Shown here in pieces: positions 26,024-33,412 of a DNA stretch of 64,000 nt; position 1 is the first letter of the stretch; the number at the start of each line of letters is the position of its first letter. Location of the stretch: NCBI GenBank assembly GCA_016792845.1, contig JAEUKH010000018.1:10984-74983 (forward strand), in the 5' to 3' direction. A program made the translations under genes and the position numbers. The notes below the pieces were generated by a model. That model saw only the letters and a program-made list of their open reading frames with translations, searched no databases and had not been told where the DNA came from. This stretch comes from Myxococcales bacterium. GTDB lineage: Bacteria; Myxococcota_A; Polyangia; Polyangiales; Ga0077539.

Positions 26024-29000
26024 GTGGGAGCCCTTGTCAAATGGGCCGACGCCAACCGGGTGGTGGCGCTCGCGTTGATGATTCTGTTGATGGTGATCGG
26101 CGGCTTCTCGGCCACGCGCTTACCCATCGACGCCGTGCCCGACGTCACCAACATTCAAGTGCAGGTGGTGACCCGCGCGCCCTCGCTCTCGGCCCCCGAA
26201 ATGGAGCAGATGGTCACCCTGCCCGTCGAGCGCGCCATGGCTGGCTTGCCGAAGCTCCGCGAGGTGCGCTCGATCACGAAGTTCGGGGTCAGCATCGTGA
26301 CCCTGGTCTTTACCGACGAGGTTGACATCTATTTCGCGCGAAACCAGGTCAGCGAGCGGCTGGTGTCGGTGCGCGAAGAGATCCCCGCGGCGGTGGGGCG
26401 CCCCGAGCTCGGGCCCATCTCGACGGGCCTCGGCGAGATCTTCATGTTCGAGCTCCGCTCGCCGCGCCGCACCCCCGACGAGCTCCGCACCATGATCGAC
26501 TGGAACGTCGGCGTACAGCTCCGTCAGGTGCCCGGCGTCATCGAGGTGGTGGGCTTCGGCGGCACCGTGCGCCAGTACCAGGTCACCGTCGACCCCGGGC
26601 GCATGCACGCCCACAACCTCTCGCTCTCAGAGGTCTTTCGCGCCCTCGACAGCGACAACCGCAACACCGGCGGCGGCTACATCGAGCGCGCCGGCGAGAT
26701 GGTGGTGATCCGCGGCGAGGCCCGCTTCCGCAGCATCGAAGACATCCGCGACGTGGTGATCAAGACCGACCGCGACGGCACCCCGGTGCGGGTCGGCCAG
26801 GTGGCCAACATCAGCGTCGGCGCGGTGCAGCGCCAGGGCGCGATGACCCGCGACGGCCGCGGCGAAGTGGTGGGCGCGAGCGTCTTGATGCTCAAGGGCG
26901 AGAACAGCGTCGCGGTGCTCGATCGCATCAACGCGCGGCTCACCGAGGTGCGCGCCCGGCTGCCCCGCGACGTCACCATCGAGCCCTACTACAACCGCGC
27001 CGACTTCATCGACCGCACCCTCGGCACGGTGAAGAAGAACCTCCTCGAAGGCGCGCTCCTGGTGACCCTCACCCTGGTGCTCACCCTCGGCTCGCTCCGC
27101 GCCGGGCTCGTGGTGTCGGGGGCCATCCCCTTCTCGATGCTCTTCGCCTTCATCTTCATGACGGCCTTCGGCGTGTCGGGCAACCTCATGTCGCTCGGCG
27201 CGGTCGACTTCGGCATCATCGTCGACGGCGGCGTGGTGATGATCGAGCACATCCTCCACGAGATCGCGCACCGAAAGGGAGACGGCTCTCGGCGGGCCAC
27301 GGTGACCCACGCCGCGGCCATGACGGCGCGCCCGGTGGTCTTCTCGGTGGTCATCGTGCTCTTGGTGTTCTTGCCCCTCGCGACCCTCGAAGACGTCGAG
27401 GGCAAGATGTTCCGCCCCTTGGTGATCGCCCTCGCGCTCATGCTCTCGGGGGCGGTGCTCTACTGCCTGTTTGTGATCCCCGCGATCTCACCGATGGTCT
27501 TCGCCAACGCCAAGGTGAAGGAAGAAGACCCCTGGCTCGCGCGCATGTTTCGCATCGGGTCTGAGCCCCTCGTGCACCGCGGGCTGCGCAACCCGTGGCC
27601 CACCATCGGGCTCCTCGGGCTCATCGCGGCGGCGCTCATGACCAGCGGCTCAGGCCTCGGCGCCGAGTTCTTGCCCCGCATCGACGAGGGCTCGATCGCC
27701 ATCGACGCGCGACGCCCGCCGAGCACCTCGCTCTCGCAAGCGATCACCCTGTCGCGCGAGACCGAGCAGGCGCTGCGCGAGATCCCCGAGGTGCTGAGCG
27801 TGGTCTGCCGCATCGGCCGCCCCGAGGGCGCCGTCGACCCCGCGGGCCCTGAGTCGAGCGACATCTTCGTCACCCTCAAGCCCCGCGATCAATGGCGGCA
27901 CGGGCTCACCCGAGAGGCCCTCGTCGAAGAGATGAGCCGGGTGCTCGATCGGCGCGTGCCCGCGACGCTCAACGCCTTCAGCCAGCCCATCGAGATGCGC
28001 GTCAACGACCTCATCGCGGGCGTCAAATCTGACGTCGCGGTGAAGGTCTTCGGCGACGACCTCGCGACCCTCGAAGCCCTGGCGGGGCGCATCCGCACGG
28101 TGCTCGCGCGGGTGCCCGGCGCCGCCGACGTGAAGGTCGAGTTCGCCTCGGGTCTGCCAGAGTACCGCGCCGTGCTCGACCGGCAGCGCGCGTCGCGCTA
28201 CGGCGTGCGGGCCGAGTCGGTGCTCCAGGCCATCGAGGCCAGCCGCGGGGGGCTCGAAGTGGGCCGGGTCTTCGAGGGGCAGCGGGTCTTCGACCTCGTG
28301 ATCCGTGCGGGCGGCGAGAGCGTCCGCGATGTGACCAACCTCGAAGACATCCCCGTCGAGGCTGCCAACGGTGAGGTGGTGCCCCTCGCCCTGGTGGCGC
28401 GCATCACCCAGGAGCGCGGCACCTTTCAGATCTCGCGCGAGCAGATGCAGCGCCGTCTCGTGATCGAGGCCAACGTGCGCGGGCGCGACCTCGTGGGCTT
28501 CGTGGCCGACGCCCGGGCCGCGGTCGAGCGCGAGGTGCAGCTCCCTCCCGGAGTGACCGTCACCTGGGGCGGTCAGTTTGAGAACTTCTCGCGCGCCACG
28601 GCGCGGCTCTCGATCCTGGTGCCCATCGCGTTTGTCATCCTCGCGGTGATGCTCTTCTTCGCCCTCGGCCAGCTCAGGCTCGTCGCGGTGTCGCTCTTGA
28701 ACCTCCCCTTCGCCTTGGGCGGCGGGCTCCTCGGGCTGAAGATCGCGGGCCTTCCCTTCTCGATCCCCGCGGGGGTCGGCTTCATCGCGCTCTCGGGCGT
28801 GGCGGTGATGTCGAGCGTGGTGCTCTGCACGCGCTGGCTAGAGCTCGACGAGACCCTCGCGCCGGTGTTGCGGGTCGAGCAGGCCGCCCACGACACGCTG
28901 CGGGCGCGCATCACCGCGGCGCTGGTGCCCGCCATCGGATTTGTTCCCATGGTGCTGGCCCACGGCGCCGGGGCTGAGGTTCAGAAGCCCCTCGCGGTGG

Positions 29001-29122
29001 TGGTGATCGGCGGCCTCACGTCGAGCATGATCCTCTCGCTGGTGGCCCTGCCGGTGATGCTGCTGATCGCCTCGCCGCCGGCCAAGCCCGCCACCGTCAG
29101 CGAAGACGCCGTACCGCTCTGA
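26024..29122 (+). CDS. heavy-metal-efflux (HME) RND permease, CzcA/CusA family
   Basis: 1032 aa. N-terminus ...ALMILLMVIGGFSATRLPIDAVPDVTNIQVQVVTRAPSLSAPEMEQMVTLPVE is the CzcA/CusA-family signature. 12-TM RND architecture. Confidence 0.85.
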   Translation: MGALVKWADANRVVALALMILLMVIGGFSATRLPIDAVPDVTNIQVQVVTRAPSLSAPEMEQMVTLPVERAMAGLPKLREVRSITKFGVSIVTLVFTDEVDIYFARNQVSERLVSVREEIPAAVGRPELGPISTGLGEIFMFELRSPRRTPDELRTMIDWNVGVQLRQVPGVIEVVGFGGTVRQYQVTVDPGRMHAHNLSLSEVFRALDSDNRNTGGGYIERAGEMVVIRGEARFRSIEDIRDVVIKTDRDGTPVRVGQVANISVGAVQRQGAMTRDGRGEVVGASVLMLKGENSVAVLDRINARLTEVRARLPRDVTIEPYYNRADFIDRTLGTVKKNLLEGALLVTLTLVLTLGSLRAGLVVSGAIPFSMLFAFIFMTAFGVSGNLMSLGAVDFGIIVDGGVVMIEHILHEIAHRKGDGSRRATVTHAAAMTARPVVFSVVIVLLVFLPLATLEDVEGKMFRPLVIALALMLSGAVLYCLFVIPAISPMVFANAKVKEEDPWLARMFRIGSEPLVHRGLRNPWPTIGLLGLIAAALMTSGSGLGAEFLPRIDEGSIAIDARRPPSTSLSQAITLSRETEQALREIPEVLSVVCRIGRPEGAVDPAGPESSDIFVTLKPRDQWRHGLTREALVEEMSRVLDRRVPATLNAFSQPIEMRVNDLIAGVKSDVAVKVFGDDLATLEALAGRIRTVLARVPGAADVKVEFASGLPEYRAVLDRQRASRYGVRAESVLQAIEASRGGLEVGRVFEGQRVFDLVIRAGGESVRDVTNLEDIPVEAANGEVVPLALVARITQERGTFQISREQMQRRLVIEANVRGRDLVGFVADARAAVEREVQLPPGVTVTWGGQFENFSRATARLSILVPIAFVILAVMLFFALGQLRLVAVSLLNLPFALGGGLLGLKIAGLPFSIPAGVGFIALSGVAVMSSVVLCTRWLELDETLAPVLRVEQAAHDTLRARITAALVPAIGFVPMVLAHGAGAEVQKPLAVVVIGGLTSSMILSLVALPVMLLIASPPAKPATVSEDAVPL

Positions 29123-29135
29123 GGGGGCTGCCTAC

Positions 29136-29852
29136 TCAGAGCGGCGCGATCTTCTCCCTGATCGCGTCGAGAAAGTCCTTGAGGCCGTTCGCTTGACCTC
29201 GCGCACGCAAGCGTTCGAGCGGAGCCCTTTCGAGAACTTCCTCTCTCCGCGTCTTCGAGAGCCTCAGCTCATCGAGCGCGCGCTTCGCATCGTTCGGGTC
29301 GGTCACCTTGGCTGAGGTCAGCCGCTCACTCTGCTCACACGGGTCGAAGCCGAGGCGCTTGCGAAGCGCTGCGAAGTTCGCCGTCTCGGTCTCCCCCTCG
29401 GGGCTGTATCCCGCAAGCACCCAAGCCTCGTGCTCTGGCTGCGCGATGCCGAAGGCTAGGCGATCTTTTTCGTGACGCTTCCACGCCGAGATGCCCGCTG
29501 CGATGCCCTCGGCCCAAGCTGAGGCGTTGCGGTCACCGTCATGCACGAACACCACGCAGCAGTGCTCCTTGCGTCGTTGCCTCTGAATCGCACGCGCGAG
29601 CCGGAGCACCTGGCGCTGGACCGGACTCCCAGACTCCCCGTGCACAGGCGGAACTGTGAGCGGGGCCGCAAGCTTGAGGATCTCAGTCCACGAGACGTAC
29701 CCGGCGCTGCCGTCTGGGTGCCACCACGTCACAACGCTTTCGGTGATGCCACGAACCCAGTCGTGCTCTTCTTCGATCACCCGGGTCGTCAACGCCCTGA
29801 GGTCGGCGGCATCGGCCCCTCCTTCGCAGACCAGCACGAGGGTCCAACTCAC
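29136..29852 (-). CDS. small Toprim-like protein (DUF4276-like; conserved LVCEGG Glu and VHDGD DxD), partner of upstream ABC-type ATPase
   Basis: I place the start at GTG 29852-29850, which overlaps the TGA of the upstream ATPase as GTGA. The alternative ATG at 29933 would overlap the ATPase by 84 nt. Motifs: VSWTLVLVCEGGAD..., ...CVVFVHDGD..., EAWVLAGY. Confidence 0.5.
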   Translation of the reverse strand: MSWTLVLVCEGGADAADLRALTTRVIEEEHDWVRGITESVVTWWHPDGSAGYVSWTEILKLAAPLTVPPVHGESGSPVQRQVLRLARAIQRQRRKEHCCVVFVHDGDRNASAWAEGIAAGISAWKRHEKDRLAFGIAQPEHEAWVLAGYSPEGETETANFAALRKRLGFDPCEQSERLTSAKVTDPNDAKRALDELRLSKTRREEVLERAPLERLRARGQANGLKDFLDAIREKIAPL

Positions 29853-31018
29853 GGATCGCCCCCCCCTCGCTGGGCCACCCAGCCTTCGAGTTGCGCCATC
29901 CAGAGTTCGCCGGGCTTCACCATGTCGCGCCACAACTCAAACTCGGGATGCGCGTCGAGACCGGCGCACCGCACGGCCCCCTTGGGGTCGAGGGTGGTGA
30001 CCCGCACCTCGTCGAAGCCCACCGCATCGAGCAGGTACGGAGAGTGCGTGGTGGCCAGGATCTGCAAGCCCGGGCGCACCACGCGTTGAAACTCCTTGAG
30101 TTGGGCCACCAGATCGATCTGGGCCTTCGGGTGCAGGCCTCGGTCTAGCTCGTCGAGCATCAGCACGCGCACATGCTCGTGCGCCAGCACCGCGGTCGCC
30201 ACCGCGAGCACCAGGGTCGTGCCCTCGCTCGCCGCCGAAAGCGGAATGTTCGACCCGCTGTCAGTGTCGACCACCACCCGCTGGCCCCACACGCTCTCGT
30301 CGCGGCGCTGCGACATCGCGTGTCCGTTCACCACGATCTCGTCGGCACGCACCCGGCTCACCCGCGCCCGCTCGACCCGCACACCCCGCACCGACGGAAT
30401 CACCCGCCGCACCATCCCCACGATGCCCTCGCGCGTCTCCGGCCTGCGCGCCCAGAGGTCACCCAACACCGACCCCAGCCCCTCGCCGTTGGGCCCCAGG
30501 CGCGGCACCGCCTCGTCTGAGTAGCTGGGTCGCGCCAGGGTCGGAGCGTCAAACGCATGCAACACCCCCTCGCCGAGCCACGCGCGAAGCTCAGCCCACG
30601 CGGGTTCGCGCGACTTCGCGAGGCCGCGCGCTTCCACCTCGCCGATCGACTCTTCGATCTGGCCAACGACCTTCGCAGACGCCAAGACCGGGCCGTCACC
30701 CAGCACGCGCCGCTGCACCGAGCCGACCTCACCCGGGCCGACCCGAAGCGTCGCCAGCAATAACTTCTGCGCGACCGCCTCAAGGCTGATCGTCGTCGCG
30801 CCGACGGCGTCACGCGAGAGCACCGACACGTCGTCACTCCACGCCGCGTCAACGCCCTCCGAGAGCGACCCCGCGAGCGCCTGGAGCACCAGCCCCACGC
30901 CCGCCAGGAGGCTCGACTTGCCCGCCCCGTTGGGCCCCACGAACACCGTAAACGGCGCCAGATCGACCGACACCGACCGCAGCGCTCGAAAGTTCTCGAA
31001 GCTCACCCGCTGAATCAT
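29849..31018 (-). CDS. ABC-type (AAA_21/OLD-like) ATPase
   Basis: Start ATG 31018-31016 (MIQRVSFENFRALRSVSVDLAPFTVFVGPNGAGKSSLL: Walker A). C-terminal signature-like LSAASEGT, Walker B VRVLMLDELD, H-loop ILATTHSP. The 204-codon N-terminal extension of the six-frame ORF (to 31630) is antisense to a real + strand gene and is rejected. Confidence 0.65.
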   Translation of the reverse strand: MIQRVSFENFRALRSVSVDLAPFTVFVGPNGAGKSSLLAGVGLVLQALAGSLSEGVDAAWSDDVSVLSRDAVGATTISLEAVAQKLLLATLRVGPGEVGSVQRRVLGDGPVLASAKVVGQIEESIGEVEARGLAKSREPAWAELRAWLGEGVLHAFDAPTLARPSYSDEAVPRLGPNGEGLGSVLGDLWARRPETREGIVGMVRRVIPSVRGVRVERARVSRVRADEIVVNGHAMSQRRDESVWGQRVVVDTDSGSNIPLSAASEGTTLVLAVATAVLAHEHVRVLMLDELDRGLHPKAQIDLVAQLKEFQRVVRPGLQILATTHSPYLLDAVGFDEVRVTTLDPKGAVRCAGLDAHPEFELWRDMVKPGELWMAQLEGWVAQRGGGDP

Positions 31019-31045
31019 CGTCGCCCGCAGTCGTACCCCGGCCCC

Positions 31046-31798
31046 GTGCGGCGTGTCACCCGCGCGGACCCGCCCTGGAGTACCCTTCGCCAGGTGACGC
31101 CTCCCCGACGCCTCGCCGCCGCGCTCGCGCTCGCCACCCTGGCCCTGGGTCTGCTCTGGCTCCGTCGCCGCCCCAGCGACCCCGAGACCGCCGCGGGCGC
31201 CCCGCAGCCCCGCCGAGGCACCTACGAGGCTCAGGAGCGCCCGAACCTGGGTGAGACCGAGCGACGCCCCTCGGAGCCCCCGCGCGCCCCCGCACGCACC
31301 CTCCACGACCGGGCGCAGCGCGACGCCTTGCGGGCGGCCCTGGTGACCCTCTGGCAGCGCGAGGCGGCCGCAGCACGCGCCGAGCAAGCCCGCGATGCGG
31401 CCACCGACGACGACGCGGGGGTGCGCTACCCCGCCATGCCCACCCGCGACGGAGGCGTCGACCCTGAGTACCTCCGGAGCCGCATCCGAGAAGACTTTCT
31501 GCCCATGGCCGGAGCTTGCTACGACCAGCTCCTCGCGCGGCGCCCGGGGGTCGAGGGCCGGGTGGTGATCGACTTCACCCTCGTGGGCGATTCGCGGGTC
31601 GGCGGCGTCGTCGACGAGGCCTCGCTGCACTATGGCGACGCAGGGGTTGCCGACGCGGGGCTCATGGAGTCGGGCTTCGAGACCTGCCTCCGCGAGTCGA
31701 TGCTCGCCATGGCCTTCGCCCCTCCCCCCGGGAGCGGTCAGCTCAGGGTTCGCTACCCGCTGAACCTCCGCCCCGACGCTCCCGACGCGGGCCGCTGA
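31046..31798 (+). CDS. membrane-anchored protein with C-terminal TonB-C/AgmX-like domain
   Basis: N-terminal signal-anchor (RRLAAALALATLALGLLWL). Charged/coiled middle region. C-terminus GRVVIDFTLVGDSRVGGVVDEAS...FETCLRESMLAMAFAPPP...LRVRYPLNL fits the TonB C-terminal-like fold. A second protein at 40750-41865 carries a similar domain. The exact start is uncertain. Confidence 0.45.
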   Translation: MRRVTRADPPWSTLRQVTPPRRLAAALALATLALGLLWLRRRPSDPETAAGAPQPRRGTYEAQERPNLGETERRPSEPPRAPARTLHDRAQRDALRAALVTLWQREAAAARAEQARDAATDDDAGVRYPAMPTRDGGVDPEYLRSRIREDFLPMAGACYDQLLARRPGVEGRVVIDFTLVGDSRVGGVVDEASLHYGDAGVADAGLMESGFETCLRESMLAMAFAPPPGSGQLRVRYPLNLRPDAPDAGR

Positions 31799-31820
31799 GC
31801 CGCGACGCCGCCCGGCGCGA

Positions 31821-32040
31821 GCGTATCTCCAGATTCGTCAGGGCGTATCTCCAGATACGTCAGGGCGTATCTCCAGATACGTCAGGGCGTATCTCCAGAT
31901 GCCTCGGGACGTGTCTCCAGATGCCTCGGGCGTATCTCCAGATGCCTCGGGCGTATCTCCAGATGCCTCGGGACGTATCTCCAGATGCCTCGGGACGTAT
32001 CTCCAGATGCCTCGGGACGTGTCTCCAGATACGTCGCGGG
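31821..32040. repeat. array of ten tandem 21-22 bp repeats (consensus CGTATCTCCAGAT[A/G]C[G/C]TC[A/G]GG[A]), each containing inverted hexamers GTATCT-CC-AGATAC
   Basis: Read directly from the sequence. There are 3 A-type units (…AGATACGTCAGGG) and 6 B-type units (…AGATGCCTCGGG[A]), plus a degenerate terminal unit. The array is intergenic between convergent 3' ends (31798 and 32043). Confidence 0.9.
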
Positions 32041-32042
32041 GC

Positions 32043-32597
32043 TCAGCCCTTGGCGGGCTTCTTCTCGCGCTTGGCCTTGCGGCCGAAGCCGCCGAAGTAG
32101 GCGAGCGGCTCTTGGAGCGCGCGGCGCAGCTCGGGGTTCGATTTCGCGAGCACCGAGAGGTCGTTGTAGACCCGCAGCGTGGGTTTGCGGCTCTTGGCGC
32201 CGTAGAAGAGGGCCGAGTCGCTGAGCCGCGACACCATCTGAACGCTCACCGCGTCGACCTGGGCTGCGGCCTCGGCGAAGCGCTCGTGGAGCGTAAGCCA
32301 GTCGCGCAGGATCTCGGCTTCGAAGCGCTGGGGGTCGACCCCGCCGTCGCCGTGGCCTGCGACCAGGGCCGGGTACTTCTCGGCAGCGTCGAGCACGCCC
32401 CGAAGCACCTCGCTCTCGCCCACCCGCAGCTTGCCGAGCGACACCTTGCGCGCGTCGGGGCTCAGCACCGTGACGTGCGGCGCGATCAACGCCGCGGCTT
32501 CTTCGACCAGGGCCACCGCCCGGGTCAGATCGGCCAGCATCGCAGCCCGCCTGGCCGACCCGTCGACCTTGTTCGCCTTCTTCGAGACCTTTGCCAT
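32043..32597 (-). CDS. hypothetical protein (Lys-rich termini), last gene of a Clp-like ATPase operon
   Basis: 184-aa ORF with GC3-rich codon usage consistent with coding. No family is recognisable from the sequence. Confidence 0.45.
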   Translation of the reverse strand: MAKVSKKANKVDGSARRAAMLADLTRAVALVEEAAALIAPHVTVLSPDARKVSLGKLRVGESEVLRGVLDAAEKYPALVAGHGDGGVDPQRFEAEILRDWLTLHERFAEAAAQVDAVSVQMVSRLSDSALFYGAKSRKPTLRVYNDLSVLAKSNPELRRALQEPLAYFGGFGRKAKREKKPAKG

Positions 32598-32645
32598 GTG
32601 AGACGTACCTCCGTTCTTGCGAAGGTAGCGCAGGGCGAGGTGTCG

Positions 32646-33410
32646 TTACCAGAGCCCGTCTCCGGCGATGCGAAGCCCCACCGAGCCCCAAGGCGCTTGG
32701 GCGGGTTGCCCCCAGAGCCCCGCGCCCACGGTGGTATCGAGCTGCACGGCGTGACTGAGGAGGTATCGAACGCCGCCTTGCATCGAGCCGCCAGACGCCC
32801 CGGCGTAGGGGTCACCCGAGAAGAGTTCTGCGACCCCGTAGAGGTCGCGCCAGAGGTGGAGCTGCGTGCCGACGCCCCAAGTGAGGGCCAGCGGGTGCTC
32901 GACCGCGGCGGTGGTGGCGTAGAAGCCCACGTTGGCGTGCACCAGGAAGTGGTCGTGAGGGCGCAGCGACTCGGTGAGCGCGAGATACCCGAAGCCGTCC
33001 CAACCGGTGGCGCCGAAGCCGCCCACGTGGAGCGGCGGCACGCCCCCGAGCACCATCGCCACCCCGGGGAAGCCCAGCCGCTCGGGCATGCGTCGCAGCA
33101 GCAGCTTGGCCTGAAAGAGCGGCCCCGTCGCCGAGAAGGCGCGGCCCCCCGCGAGCGTCGTCCCGTACACCCCGCCCAGGGTGAGTTCGACGCGCTCGTG
33201 CGGCCCGAAGGCAGGGAGCACCCAGTGCTGGAGCGCGTTGCGATCGAGCCTGAGCCAGGTCTCAAGCTGCGCCCCGCGCGCGCCGACCACCCGCGCATCG
33301 TCTGTAACGAAGGGCCTGATCGCCCACGCCGGCGAAGGCGCCAGCAGCAGCGACGCGAGGCAAACCCAACGACGCGCGTTCGGCGCCGCACCCGCAACAC
33401 GAGACAGCAT
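32646..33410 (-). CDS. outer-membrane beta-barrel protein (MetA-pathway/transporter-like family)
   Basis: Signal peptide MLSRVAGAAPNARRWVCLASLLLAPSPAWA. N-terminal RPFVTDDARVV motif. Alternating hydrophobic beta-strand pattern ending with an aromatic residue (…GLRIAGDGLW). Confidence 0.55.
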   Translation of the reverse strand: MLSRVAGAAPNARRWVCLASLLLAPSPAWAIRPFVTDDARVVGARGAQLETWLRLDRNALQHWVLPAFGPHERVELTLGGVYGTTLAGGRAFSATGPLFQAKLLLRRMPERLGFPGVAMVLGGVPPLHVGGFGATGWDGFGYLALTESLRPHDHFLVHANVGFYATTAAVEHPLALTWGVGTQLHLWRDLYGVAELFSGDPYAGASGGSMQGGVRYLLSHAVQLDTTVGAGLWGQPAQAPWGSVGLRIAGDGLW

Positions 33411-33412
33411 CC

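Noticed and set aside
31019-31630. 204-codon N-terminal extension of the ATPase ORF (six-frame ORF 29849..31630)
   Set aside because: The extension is antisense to the + strand TonB-C-like gene and has garbage-like composition. The ATPase domain begins exactly at the internal Met (MIQRVSFENF...) with Walker A about 30 aa later.
31821-32040. Possible CRISPR array
   Set aside because: Units are directly contiguous 21-22 bp repeats with no unique spacer sequences and no cas genes nearby. It is a tandem repeat or iteron array, not CRISPR.
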